DNA from: Neoechinorhynchus agilis | Lineage: Eukaryota; Animalia; Acanthocephala | Direction: 5' to 3' | Length of the DNA: 64,000 nucleotides | Assembly: GCA_051530055.1 (NCBI GenBank) | Contig: CM121343.1 | Location: forward strand, 5,674,389-5,738,388 | Shown: piece by piece, positions 38,309 to 50,632 of the stretch | Numbering within the stretch: the stretch's first letter is position 1 | How the letters are laid out: every line of letters starts with the position of its first letter | Position numbers and translations under genes: made by a program | Notes under the pieces: generated by a model | The model's database searches: none | Told to the model about the DNA's origin: nothing | What the model saw: the letters and a program-made list of their open reading frames with translations, nothing else

Positions 38309-38902
38309 ATGCGCCTGTTTGCCCTTCTCATTTTGTATAAAGACGCTTCTGAGGCTCGCCTTCTCAAAGATGCACATGACCTGTCGACATTTGGGTTTTT
38401 CCAGAGATCTGGAGTAAAAGAATTTATAATCTTTACTGCCCGGACGCTAATCGATCGTTCACAACTTGATTCAAGGTCAACGGTTCAACAAGGTGAATAC
38501 ACCATGCACGCTTATGTCCGGAAGGATCGATTATCGGCAGTAGCCGTATCGTGCAATAAATACCCTCGTCGGGTAGCCCACAGCCTTCTAGTTCGTCTTT
38601 TGATGGATTTCGAAATCGCGTGTCCTAGTTCTCAGTGGCATACTGGTGATCCTTCGCGGATTTTATTTGAACGAATCACTCAATTGCTTAATGAGTACCA
38701 AGAACCGTCTCAGGCGGATAATATTTTAAAAATACAAGCGGATTTGGATGAGACAAAGATTGTCTTACACACTACAATGGAATCATTACTTCAACGTGGA
38801 GAAACCCTGGATGATCTCGTTCAGAGAAGCAGTCTACTCAGCCTAGAATCGAAGGCGTTCTACACCGTAGCGAAAAAATCCAATCGATGTTGTTCCCTAT
38901 AA
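38309..38902 (+). CDS. YKT6: Longin R-SNARE YKT6, single exon
   Basis: DLSTFGFFQRSGVKEF, YPRRVAH, DLDETKIVLH, LLQRGETLDDLV, C-terminal CCSL prenylation box. Confidence 0.95.
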   Translation: MRLFALLILYKDASEARLLKDAHDLSTFGFFQRSGVKEFIIFTARTLIDRSQLDSRSTVQQGEYTMHAYVRKDRLSAVAVSCNKYPRRVAHSLLVRLLMDFEIACPSSQWHTGDPSRILFERITQLLNEYQEPSQADNILKIQADLDETKIVLHTTMESLLQRGETLDDLVQRSSLLSLESKAFYTVAKKSNRCCSL

Positions 38903-38919
38903 TATTGATCATCTTTCGT

Positions 38920-39660
38920 GCGTGTGTGTGTGTTTTGCAAGTGTAACCAACACTCAATATATATATATATATTTTTGTATACGTTTTTTATATGAACGTT
39001 GCGACGTATTTGTTTTCCGCTTATCTCGAGGGTTTCGCTTACACCAAAACAACACACGGGAGTCGCGCACGCGTGGCGCTCGAGATGACACCGTGCGCGT
39101 GGCTGATGATCAAATGTGTGTGTGTGTGCGCGATGAGGATGGAGGGAAGATTGGCGGGCTCAAGAGCATGTCATTGTCGTCGTCGTCGTCGCAAAGGGTG
39201 AAAAAGGCATCTAAAAATCGTTGTGTATGCACGCGGAGACGTGCGCTCAGACCGGCAGATTATCTCTCTCCGTCACTTATGTGAGTCGTCGAAGGGGTCT
39301 TTGAGACCGGTGGCCATCAGGCGAAAAGATGCGCGCTAATCTGACGCTACGTCATGCGTTCTACAGATCAATTTTGGGCGCGGCGTGCAAGGCAGGTCGC
39401 CTCCGCCGCTTCTGGTTTTGTTGGTGTCGCGTGCGAGTATACGCAACTCTGCACCACACACACACACAGAGGCGCGTGCACCACCACCACCACCACCGCC
39501 GCCGCCATCACACCCCCTCCCTCCCTCCTCTCTCTCCCAAGCCTGCACGTGTGCGCCGATGATGGAGGGAGAAAGCACGCAGATTGCGTGCGCGCGCCTT
39601 GCGCGACGACTAACACGTCGTCGTAGCTGTGGTGTGCGGGGTAGTAATTAGGACACACGA
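38920..39660. repeat. Microsatellite-rich GC-rich region ((GT)n, (AT)n, (TCG)n, (CA)n, (CAC)n) upstream of ARID1; may include an upstream poly-Pro exon
   Basis: Runs directly visible; ORF 39385-39651 could splice in phase (TGT G|gtgtgc...cctag|AG ATG). Confidence 0.6.
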
Positions 39661-39751
39661 GGAACCAGTCTGCTTCTCGAACCTACCTTTTCCCATGCAC
39701 GCTTTGTCATGAACGATTTTTGTAGATTTTTATGCTATTCTCTTCCTAGAG

Positions 39752-42684
39752 ATGATGCCTGACGACACAGCCGGAGACAATCTCGATTCGGTCGCAGTGG
39801 TACACGGGGGCAATAATCAGAGGCACTGCTCCTCGAACGCTGCCGTTCATCACCAATTCCCCAATTTTGATCCATCAAGAATGTGCTACCCGCCTGCACC
39901 TCCACCGAATGACGGCATCCAAAATGGAAACAATGAAATCGCAGCCATTGACATAAAGGCGTCATCGCTGACCGTTGGTCAACTAGCAGCCTCAAACGCT
40001 CCACTCTGCTTCTACGCACCGCAACAGCAGCAGCAGCAGCAGCAGCAGCCTGTACCGCAGTGCCCCTCGTCATGTAACCGATTTATCGCAGCCCAGCAAC
40101 CGCCGCCCCAACAAAAGAATCTGACCATTTCGCTGAACAACGCCCGGTCGCGCGGACCCATTGGGGGCGGCGGCGCCGGTGCATTGCCTTCAACGTCTCT
40201 TGATACACTCGATGTACTCGCTCAACTTGATAACCATCCGGATCGACAAGTATTCGTTGATAATCTAAGACTCATATGGAGCGAACATAATATCAAATTC
40301 CGTTCACTTCCGACAATATCCAAAAAGTCTATTGATCTATATCTTTTATACCTTTTGGTCAAGGATCGAAACGGATTTCTTGAGGTTACACGCAAAAAAC
40401 AGTGGAAGGAAGTGGCAAATGCTCTCGGCATTACAAATTGCGGAAGCGCGGCCTTTGGGGTTAAACGAAACTACAGCAAGTCGGGTCTATTTTTCTATGA
40501 ATGCAGATTCGAATTGAACAATGCTGATCCTAAGGTAGTGATTGCTGATTATGAAAAACAACATGGAACCAATCACTCATTCGCATCTGCCGTTGAAGGT
40601 TCCAGCAGCTACCATACTCAACAACAGCAACAGAGGAACTCGCCTTGTACGGCCGGCACGGGTTGTCCTTCTCGAAAGAGAAAACGGACGTCCATTCCTG
40701 AAGGAGGATTCAAATCTAGTCCTGAATCTGGGAGTGCTCAAACACCCCAACAGTCGCAAACTGTAAGGCAACCGAACGTTAACCACAACAGCAACAGTAT
40801 GATGCCTAAGCAGCCACCGTTTGTTCCTTGCAGCAGCGCACCGTCTGCCCCAATGGGAACAAGCATGGGGAACTACTATCCCGTCAATACTCCGTCTTCT
40901 CGGATGATGCAGCTTGACTGTGGCACTGTCTGTCAACCATTGACTGTGCCACCAGTTCCATCATCGAACAATTACTATTTGGGCGCGATGCAAAATCACT
41001 GAGTGATTCCTTCTGATATGTATATTTTGCATCGACCACATACATGCATCCTCAACAGCAACAGGGGTGGGTACCACCATCTCAGTTTCGACCGAATGAT
41101 ATTCGATTTGGCACAGTCCATTCAGTCGATGATCCAACCAGGCAATATCCCGTCTCAAATCATGCTGGACTGGTTATGACAGCCCCTCAGCTTGTACAAC
41201 CACGAATGTTTTATCCACATGCAACCCTTCCTGCACACCACCACCATCAAACGAATGCTTATCCAACGTTACAAACAATGCAGCCACCGCCTTCGCAGTT
41301 GGAAGAGCACTCATCGGATAATCCAGTCTCTGGTCCAACCGGACCTGTTACTCAATCTCCACCGCCCAAAGTTGTCAGCCTTTCCGCAACGGAAAAGCGT
41401 ACTTCAATCATAGCTCCAATGGCGATCGCCCGCATTCAACCAGGTACCCACTTGGGACATGAACCGATTAACTTGAGCAGAGTATACATGTCTTTGAAGT
41501 GTGGATTAAGATCTGAGATTAAGTGGTCTTTAGAAGCACTAGCGTCTTTGCTGGTCATAGATGGGAATCCATCGCCGATTCAGTACATGGACTTGAAAAA
41601 TTTGCCGAGATTGCTGGAGTTAATTATAGATCTTACTCATAAATCCATCGATCGTATAGTATGCACCAGTTCGTCAAATATTGAGGAGACACCGTTCGAT
41701 CGAGACTTCGCGGAGTCATGTATAGTAACTTTGTCTTTAATCATAAGGAACCTATCTTTTCTACCGCAAAATTTCTCAATTCTAGCATCTTGTTCCGGTT
41801 TGGTACAAGCTCTTGATTGGATGTTAGGCGTACAATTTCCCGTTGTTATATCAAAGAGCTCTCGTGACATCGTGACAGAAAGCGCCCTGGTAACATTGGC
41901 TAACATCGGAGGATGTCTTCGACTTGATCCGTCGAGCATAAATCGGTCATTGATCAGGCGGTTGGTCGTGTGGTCCTCTGATGCAAGAGTACTCGAAGCA
42001 GCGAAAGATTCTGATCCTTGTACGAATCTAACCGGACAGAGGCTTGCGATCGAATGCATGGCGAAAATGAGCGTTTATGAAAATAACATGAGACTTCTAT
42101 CTCAAGTTATTTCGGACAAATTATTAGAGTCACTGCTGCTAACCCTGAACGAGTGGCTTGATGAACCAGTTGGAGTTTTGTTCAGTGACAAACATACGCT
42201 TAATGAATTGAGCGTCAACATGATCAATGGAATTCTGAGTGCAGAAGACTCTCCGAGGATAAAAAACATCCTATCATTGGTTGCTTTATCAACACTTAAA
42301 AACAGACTACTCAAACATTTCGTGTTCGAGCTCAGTAGACTTGTTGGGAAAAGCCGTGTCGATGAAAATGACTTTGCTTGTGCACTCAAGTGCTCCAAGT
42401 GCCTTGTCCAGTCCTTGAGACTTGCAAATCGGCAGGAAAAAAGGCGATGGAGAAGACGGGCCATGTTTGAAAGATTGCTCCTCAATACTGTCTCCAAGTA
42501 TCCAACAATGCCGCCAAAGCTCAGCGTATCTTTACATGAATGCCTCAGTCTAGTCGCTCAACCCGCCAACACAACCCGACCCACATCATTCACCTCGTCT
42601 TTATCATTTGAAAGCGACGGTGGAGGCGACAGAGGAGGCGGTGGCGCCGTCGTGAGCTGCAACAGTAGGCAACGGGCGACGTAA
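39752..42684 (+). CDS. ARID1: ARID1/Osa/BAF250 SWI/SNF subunit; two ORFs joined by removal of a TA-bounded hairpin
   Basis: ARID domain (IDLYLLYLLVK..QWKEVANALG..SAAFGVKRNY..FYECRF); BAF250_C (RVYMSLKCGL..W.LE.L; LSLIIRNLSF; LAIECMAKMSV.ENN). Confidence 0.88.
40976..41042 (+). other. TA-bounded hairpin insert (65 nt + one TA) in ARID1
   Basis: 11-bp perfect arms cgatgcaaaat/attttgcatcg with further pairing out to both TAs; removal fuses the ORFs as NNYYMHPQQ. Confidence 0.8.
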
Positions 42685-42869
42685 ACACAATTGTAAATTT
42701 GTTTCAACACAAATCTTAACGGGATAAACGAACGTAGTTAAAATGAGCGTTTAATTCCTGTTCCCACCCGGTGTAAAGTGAATGCATAAATTTTAGTTGT
42801 TCGAATATTTCTAAACCTGGATTGGGCTTTAGACGTGTGAGCGTTTCGAAAACCAATATTAAATTTACC

Positions 42870-44230
42870 AATAATAACACGTTTATTTGTTATTTAACAA
42901 AGAATAGAACCCATGTACCTTTGGGTCCTCATAAATACTTGAGTTCAGATTTGTTCAATGAATGTGGTTGTTGATTCTAGAGTGAATTACGGGTTCGGTC
43001 GGGTGGGAATATTCTGTCGGGGGATGTCCGTTCGGGTGGGGATTGACGATCATTGATTGCAGCAGAGCTTTTGACGTTGGTCTTTCCTCAGGTTCACTTC
43101 GGGTCATGATATCCGAAAAGATTGGGCAGTACGGCGAGTGTTGTGCTCATGTGAAAAGGAGATGATATGTGGTAAAAATTGTCCTGGTCGCGTTCAGGGG
43201 CGTTTTGATTATTTGACGAAGATTTCATAAAGGCATTTGACGAGCGGGTGAAAATCAACTGCGCAACTTTTAGAGGCTCTTCTCCGTGAAACGTTCCAAG
43301 GCAACGAATTTGTGATTGGGAAAGGTTGCAAAAGACGGGATAACCGTAGGTGGGGGAGGGTAAAATAAAGCTGAAGTAACTTTTGGAGATATCGGGCGAA
43401 GGAACTCATAAATGGCCGAGGAGTTTGAGGAGGTCGATTTTAAAGGTATTGCGTTTCAAGGAAGGTGTAATAGCCAGAATTCTGAGGGGGTGATTCCCAG
43501 GATGTCATTTTGAAACTCGGGGTAGTATATGGGGTTGCGGGAGAGAGGGAATCATTTCGAAGCATTTAGAGAAATTCAGGTGGAGTTCTTGGTTGGTCCT
43601 GAAATTTTTGATGTGGATGATTTTGTTAGAGGTAAAAGAGAGGTGGAGTGGTGAATGGTTGATATCGTCGGCGTATAAGAAGAGTTTAAAAGGGAAAGGA
43701 GAGAGGGTTGAGGTCGTTTAGGAAAATATTACAGAGAAGTGGTGACAGCACAGCACCTTAATGTACGCCTTTGGTAGGGGATAGGCTAATAGAGGAGGCA
43801 GATCGACAGTGAATGTATTGTTTGCGATTGTGAAGATAAAATTCGAGCCAGCGGATCTGCCTTACGTAGTGAAACAAAGATCGGAGTAGGCTTGAAGTAG
43901 TAGTAAATGGTCTACGGAGTCGAATGCTTTAAATAAATCCAGTTAAATGAGACGGGTGACGCGATAGGTATTATTGTCGAGGTTCCGTAGGAGCGCGTCG
44001 TAAATGCAAAATATGATATCCGTTACCGAAAATCTGGGTCGGAAGCCAAATTGTAGGGGCGATAACGCAGCCGAATAGACACGCGGTCCACCTATTTAAA
44101 CACTTACAAGCAATGATTGATGAGGCGAGGTTACCTCTGTCGAAATATTTCCAATTAATCAAAATCAAATAGATTATGACCGAGAGTATGTTCACCAAAA
44201 TTATACTTTGACTTACCCGAAGAATTTTCT
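42870..44230 (-). mobile_element. 5'-truncated, decayed L2/CR1-like LINE (RT + 3' UTR, (TTA)n tail)
   Basis: QFGFRP (~44030), YADD (43664-43675), DILGIT; 3' end aaataaacgtgttattatt. Confidence 0.8.
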
Positions 44231-44241
44231 ATCGATGATTC

Positions 44242-44783
44242 TTCCAAGAATCTTCAGGTCGTTTTGGTCGGCAAATACGTCAATGGAAGGCCTTCAATCG
44301 TGAATCCAATCGATTAAATAAAAATTTAAGCTGATGACTCTCGACGATTTATGTCGTCATCAGAAGTGGTCGATTCTTCTTTGATTTTTTTCGTACAATT
44401 TTCGACCTGCTGCTACAAAATTAAAAATATTTCCAATCAAATTGATGACTTAAAAATAGACAATTTTACTAATATCGGTACCGTGACTATTCTTCGGTTT
44501 ATACGTAACACAACTTGCAACCAATCAAAATCTCGTCCGTTCAACTTAATCGTGAACACCGGGACTTGAGTGGAACGTCGTCACCAGAAGCGAAATGTAC
44601 ATTATTCCAAGGACCTTCAAGTCATTTTGGTCTGCGAATAAATCAAAATTTAAGCTGATGACTCTCGACGATTTATGTCGTCATCAGAAGTGGTCGATTC
44701 TTCTTTGATTTTCGTACAATTTTCGATCTATCCCTCAAAAAAACAATTTTACTAATATCGCTACCGTGAATATTCTTCGGTTA
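44242..44783. repeat. Imperfect direct duplication (44242-44500 and 44605-44783) with a small ctgatgac...gtcatcag hairpin in each copy
   Basis: aaaatttaagctgatgactctcgacgatttatgtcgtcatcagaagtgg at 44321 and 44645. Confidence 0.85.
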
Positions 44784-45029
44784 AAGGTCGAAGAAACATC
44801 TGAAGGAGTAGTAACAAGAGCAAAAGGAGGAACGAATAACTATATGGATATAAGGTTGATGCGAACACCTTGAAAATCAATCAACCCTCCGATCCATTTT
44901 TGTGATGATACGCCCTCTCCACCCTGCCAATCATCCCTCGCCGCTCTGAATTCAACCCATCGTATCATGCACTCCTCCCTTAAGGATATAAATTACATCA
45001 ATTTTATTTCTGGTATACCGCAAGCCTAA

Positions 45030-46200
45030 GTTACAGATCCTGCTGATGCACACAACCGCCACCAAATCCCTCGTATCGGTCAACTCCTTTTCCCCGACAT
45101 TCACTCTACCATCAACTGTTATTAGCATTCAATCAGGATTTCCCTAAAATCCGAGACCACGTCTCCTCAAAGTAACTTTTATCTCACCACTCGTTGCCCC
45201 CCCTTCTTGACAGGAGATACAAACCTTTTCTTTACTTCACAACTTTTCGTATCGATCCACATAAAAACTCATCACAAAATCTTTCCACCGCCCCTCCAAA
45301 CCCAACCCAAACCTTATCATCTCAATATAATCCTTCACTCTTAGCGAACACCCTCCCCATCCCAAAAACTCGAAGAGTAAGCGACTTCCCATCATCTTTG
45401 ATTACGTGTAACTCCACCGGCGCCTGAAAAACCACAATGGTTAATCTCCCAGCCCTTCCACGTTAAACACTCTTTCTCCCAAATAAATAATTATCACTCT
45501 ACCCCGACACAAAAACACCATCCGCAGCTGATCTATACATAGTCTCAACTCTAAACTCGTTTCTATCATTGCCAATCACTCATCCCAACACAAGCTTTCA
45601 TTTTGCTTTCGGATTTCTCTCTTTGGGATAATCAATCGTTCTATGTCAGCAACTAGTAAGGATTCTTATATTAATCCATCACCCGTGACGAACAATACAA
45701 CCTCAATCTCCCTCATTTTCGCGCCCGGTTCAGCGAAATCAAAAATTCCCTTCCCCACCGTTTTCTACTCCAATACTCGTAGCCTCTTTCCTAAACAAAA
45801 TTTCACTCATTTCATCTACCTCAAAAGCCGACGTAGTCATCTTAACAGAAACGTGGCTTACCCTCTTCAACAGCAATTCAACCGTCCTTCCCGGTTGCTA
45901 TGCCTTCCATATGAACCGCGAGGACCGTCCAGGAGGGGTCTCAATTTACGTACGACAATCGATACCATACTCTTTTACTCTCATAGGCTCTCTACAAAAC
46001 ATCTAGAATTCATCGCAGTCCATTTCATAGCTCCTCTTAGAAACTGCCTTAGATAATTCACCATTCCTCGCATCTATCGCCCTCCTGCCTCTCGTCCTCT
46101 TTGCTCCAACTTGTTTCTATTATGCAGCTCATAAACTCCACAATATCACACCATTTCTTAATTACAGGGGACTTCAATAAACTATTTAATCATTTACCCT
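45030..46200 (+). mobile_element. Decayed L2/CR1-like ORF1 end plus APE endonuclease
   Basis: PRLLKVTF; YSNTRSL, VILTETWL, GGVSIYV, IYRPP, GDFN. Confidence 0.8.
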
Positions 46201-46227
46201 TCTCCGAGTTGCGTCAACTTATTGAAT

Positions 46228-47420
46228 TATAATAACACGTTTTATTACTGCGCAAAGAAGAGGACCAATGCAATTTGGGGTCCTCATAAACACTCGAGTT
46301 CTGATTGGATAAATTGACCTGGCTATTGATTTTGGAGTTGATTACGAGTCCGGACGGGTGAGGATATCCGGTCGGGTTAGAAGGTAGGTCCGTTATGATG
46401 GGAATTGGTCGTTATTGTTTGCAGGAGTGAGCGTAAGGTTGGCTTTTCCTCAGGTTAATTTCGAGTAATGATATCCTAGAAGATTGGACAGTAAAGAAAA
46501 AGGAGCGTATTTAGAAGATGCAAGGTGAAGAAGGATAAAGAGAAATTGGGATTGCGAGTGTTGTGCTTGTGTGAAAAGGGGGCGATATGTGGTAGAAATT
46601 GTGATGGTAAGGTTGGGAGACGATTTGATTGTTTATTGAAAATCTTATGAAGATATTCGGTGAGAAACATTTCAAGGCGAAGGATTTGAGATATGGAAAA
46701 GTTGCAAAAGACGGGATAACCGTAGGTGAGGAAAGGTATAAAATAAAGCAGAAGTAAAATTTAGATAGATCGGGTGAAAGGATTCCTAAATGGTTGTTTT
46801 ATGGCGAATAAATTGAAATGATCTTATTTTAAATCCAAAATCTCGACACAAAGGTTGTTAGCAGAGGAAAATTTGCCCAAGTATCGGATTTAAAATAAAA
46901 TCATTTCAATTTATTCGCCATAAAACAACCAATATGATTCCTAAATGTCGGAGGCGTTTGAGAAGATAAATTTTGAAGGTGTTGTGCTTAAGGGAGAAAG
47001 TGATGTGCGAGTCCCATTTTAAGAGGATATCCGTTACCGAAAATTTGGGTTCCAAGCCGAGTGGTAGGAGCCATAAATTGTTGTTGAGAAGTGAAAGAAG
47101 GCGTTATTTAAAACATTTTTCGATGATTTTTGAAAGAGCGGGTAGAATGGATATTGTATTGAATGATTCGGCGGAAATAAGACGTCCTTTTTTGGAACAA
47201 GGATAACTTTAGCAGTTTTCAGGCCGGAGTATCGGCTAGTTGACAAAAGTTTCAGATGTGGGTTTTAAAGATTTTGTGTAGACTGATGTGGAGCAATGAT
47301 TGTAATTTGAGTCAGCGCAGAGTTTTTGATTGATGGAATCTAAAACCTGTTTTAATTCAGTGGAGGTCAAATTAGGGAAGGGATCCGGGTGGCGTAGACC
47401 AATAGCATCTTTGACGGATC
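46228..47420 (-). mobile_element. Second truncated copy of the L2/CR1-like LINE (3' end plus RT fragments), internally deleted, carrying a nested MITE
   Basis: Colinear with 42870-43450; KTAKVILVPKK; same 3' tail. Confidence 0.75.
46792..46935. mobile_element. ~144-bp MITE with ~45-bp TIRs and an 11-12-bp target-site duplication
   Basis: TIR ggttgttttatggcgaataaattgaaatgat...; gattcctaaat(g) duplicated at 46781 and 46936; host LINE is colinear across the site. Confidence 0.85.
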
Positions 47421-48385
47421 ATCCCATATTAAATTGCCGCTCGAACGAATTTTAGAGAAAAGGAAGTTTATGCGGGCAACAATATTTGCGGGCGTGCATG
47501 CCTATAGCGATCTGTAGGCACTTTATATCATCCAAAGTGAACAGTAAATTCTAACAGTGAAACAATTCAGCTGTAGATCGAACACGACAAAAGAAAAGGA
47601 TTGGAATTTTATCCCTTGACTTGTTTCTCATGCAAGGCGCACATCTACCCCGTCGGATTTTCCTAACAAAGGAATTGTTGTCTTCGAAAATTAGGATAAG
47701 GTAATGGGGTCATAATTTCGTCGAGATGATCATCGAGAAAGACGTGCCTTTTCTTACAACACTTGCTTCCGTCGCATCAACTAAGGCTCATGGACACAAA
47801 GGATGCATCACAAAACGTTCAATTGTCTTATCAGTCATATCATAAGATTATCACATTCACTTAAATGTTTCTAGGACGTGGCTTTTCTTGGGTGTCTATT
47901 GAATTCGAATTAAACACTCTGAAACGAGGACAAACGTCTCCATCGTTCACTTCGATGGATAATCATTTAGACAGCAACCACGGTCAAGAATTTAAAAACC
48001 CAATCACCAAAGGGAGGAAACAATTATAAAAACTTTGAGATTGGAACCTCATCAGCGGATCACGCATTTAACGCGCTCTTAATCTTCGTGTAAAAACAGT
48101 GTACTGTAGAGAACAATGCGCATTAGCGGTGTAGACTCGCCATGTTCGGACATAGTTTTGTGTAGAAACGAAAGAATCGCAGTACGACATGACGTCATAG
48201 AAGACATTAGAAGGTTTGCAAGTTCGTCAAGTCCACTTTAAATCGGTGATGCGTGTTTAATTTTCAAAAGCGCATAATGTGTGACATTATTGAACAGTTT
48301 CTTCGCTACGCGATGTTCGACTTAATTTATTAATGGTTCAGCCTTGATTGTTCAATATCGTCAAGTTGCGGTCAATAATTTGCGT

Positions 48386-48482
48386 CTTCCTGTTGCAGCG
48401 AATCAGCGCGGCGATCCAACGCGGCAATGCCGCGGCTATCAAGGAAGCTGCCGAATAAACATAACATTTGAAGACAACAATT
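48386..48482 (+). mobile_element. CRE-like RLE 3' fragment
   Basis: FLLQRISAAIQRGNAAAIKEAAE* plus 3' UTR shared with 50523-50632. Confidence 0.75.
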
Positions 48483-48739
48483 TGCGAAATAAATAATAAA
48501 CGATATGACGTTATATGGATATTTTAATTGATGTAAAAACTTCACAGTTCAGATGCATTGCGCAAATGGGACGTTTTCAGCGGACTTCGATAAACGTAAC
48601 AATGAACGCAACGTGAATGGATACATTCCGTGGGCCTAGAAATCCTTTTTCACATTATCCACTTTGTCCCGAAGCAGACCTGCATCGCCTCTGTCATTAC
48701 GTTCATCTTTAAAACCACGCATTCCACATAGACCAATTT

Positions 48740-48850
48740 TAATAATAATAACACGTTTATTTGTTTATAAACAAGGAATGGAGGGTTCCTCTGGTACATT
48801 TGGGTTTTTAGGAACGTTAATCCCGGTGGTCCCGGCGACCCCCGGTTGAT
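48740..48850 (-). mobile_element. Short 3'-terminal fragment of the L2/CR1-like LINE
   Basis: taataataataacacgtttatttgtt identical to the tail at 42870. Confidence 0.6.
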
Positions 48851-49227
48851 TGTACTCTCGAGCAACAATTAAAAGTTCTACATTTCCGTTTTCGCCTTGC
48901 GATCAGAACAATCTCTGGAAAGCCGGCGGCGCCTAGGAAAATCACTGAAGAGCATACCCCGTTTATAAAATTTGATGGTTTTGAACATCAGGGTGCTGAA
49001 GTTTAAGACATTTTTTAGGATTTTTAACGCTATATTTTAAGATGACTTCGTTTGTGTCCTTACGACGGTGTCGAGTGGTAAAGAGATGGATCTGGGAGGC
49101 TCGTAGATACATGAGACTTGATTTGCTGTGAGCTTAGTTTTGTATGAATTAAGTTTGTCTACTATACTTCGTTTTCATTCATTTTTAAAGCACAGCGTCT
49201 TTTATATAGCAAAAAGAAGAATTTAAT

Positions 49228-49779
49228 TTACCACGAAACCTTCATAATCAACTGTTTATCTTCAAGAGACAATTTCGACATCAATAAAGCTTTCCGTTCC
49301 TCAGATGTATCAAGCTTAAGTGAATCATAATAGCGCATTAATTGTCTTCGAAAGGAACTGTTTGGATCGATAAAGGGTCTCTTAACCCTGATAAAATCTA
49401 AGGCTCGATCAGATGAAATTCCAGTACTCCACATTATATAGGCGGCAACAAATGTCGGCGCTCTCGAAACACCTGCGGCGCAATGTACTAGAACTTTTTG
49501 TTTCGCTAATCTTGCTTTATGTATAAAGGCATTGGTGCTATCAAAATGTCGCAAGACGTTTTCGATCAACATGTCACGAACTACAACACACTTGTGTTCA
49601 ACTCCCTTAATAGGCTCTTTATTCGCTGGACATAAACTTAAAACTGTTTCTATTCTCTCAACATTTACTTTTCTAAGAATATCGTAGTCATCAACTGATC
49701 CAATGTACAAATAAGGCAGGATTCTACTTGTACCGACGTATTGTGACCATCTATCATTCACCATCGTTACAGCTGGCAT
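49228..49779 (-). CDS. Atypical dual-specificity protein phosphatase, single exon
   Basis: SRILPYLYIGS, VLVHCAAGVSRAPT (HCX5R), KRPFIDPNSSFRRQL. Confidence 0.92.
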   Translation of the reverse strand: MPAVTMVNDRWSQYVGTSRILPYLYIGSVDDYDILRKVNVERIETVLSLCPANKEPIKGVEHKCVVVRDMLIENVLRHFDSTNAFIHKARLAKQKVLVHCAAGVSRAPTFVAAYIMWSTGISSDRALDFIRVKRPFIDPNSSFRRQLMRYYDSLKLDTSEERKALLMSKLSLEDKQLIMKVSW

Positions 49780-49924
49780 CGTTAACTAATAAAATGAAAA
49801 ATCCTTTAACAACAACAACAACAACTTTGTTACCATAGTGATCCAATATTTTTGAAAAAAGTCAATAAAAGTTTTTTCCAGCGTAAAAAAAGGTTTTACA
49901 ATAATGAAGTACAAAACGTGCAAT

Positions 49925-50232
49925 CACCACCGTCCGCAAAATTGGAGCTTCTCTCCTTCCTCGGCTGTCGCTATCACGCTGGCAGCATTGCCTCGTTGTA
50001 CTGTATGGGAGATATTTTGTCCTGCTCGTTCGTCGCCGGTCGTTTCTCTCAATTTCTTCGAGAGATCCTGGAGCAGAGTGCCGAGCTGCCAAGCGCTACG
50101 AAAATATAAGAATTTAGCAAGGACCCACTATTTTGTCCCCTTCGGAGACGTATGGAGCGCTTGGCAGCTCGGCACTCACTCTGCTCCAGGATCCCTCAAA
50201 GAAATTAAGAGAAACGGCCGGCGACGCACGAG
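49925..50232 (-). mobile_element. CRE-like RLE 3' fragments (second subfamily, two overlapping partial pieces)
   Basis: HYFVP..ETYGALGSSAL; VQRGNAAS; colinear with 53606-53850. Confidence 0.7.
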
Positions 50233-50522
50233 TAAACTTTGGGCAAAAATTAAAGTCAAACGGTTTTTTTGTATTGATGCCGTTCCGAAATTTCGATGCG
50301 CGCAATTTTTTGTAGAATTATTCAATTTCTATTAAAAAATCATAAGGTTATTAATAAATAAACATACCAAAATATAGTCAAACGAATTGAACACACAATA
50401 ACCTTTTTTGTGTGAGACTAAAGGAATTGAACGCTAGATCGTCCCCGCAAATCGAATGAAAGAAGTTAGCATCTCATTGACGTTCCCAAAGTCCTTGAAA
50501 AAGTCAAACGAATTGAACATAC

Positions 50523-50632
50523 AATTTGTTGTCTTCAAATGTTATGTTTGTTCGGCAGCTTCCTTGATGGCCGCGGCATTGCCGCGTTGGATCGCCGCGC
50601 TGATTCGCTGCAACAGGAAGCTGCTGGATCGC
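50523..50632 (-). mobile_element. CRE-like RLE 3' fragment, near-identical to 48386-48482
   Basis: SSSFLLQRISAAIQRGNAAAIKEAAEQT*. Confidence 0.75.

Noticed and set aside
38035-38367. N-terminal extension of the MRPL12 ORF
   Set aside because: It overlaps YKT6 antisense and lacks homology; the ATG at 38034 gives a normal-sized protein with a targeting-peptide-like start.
45030-47420. Twin-priming inversion of one LINE
   Set aside because: The opposite-strand ORF1/APE piece abuts the 3' tail, not the 5' side, so these are independent insertions.
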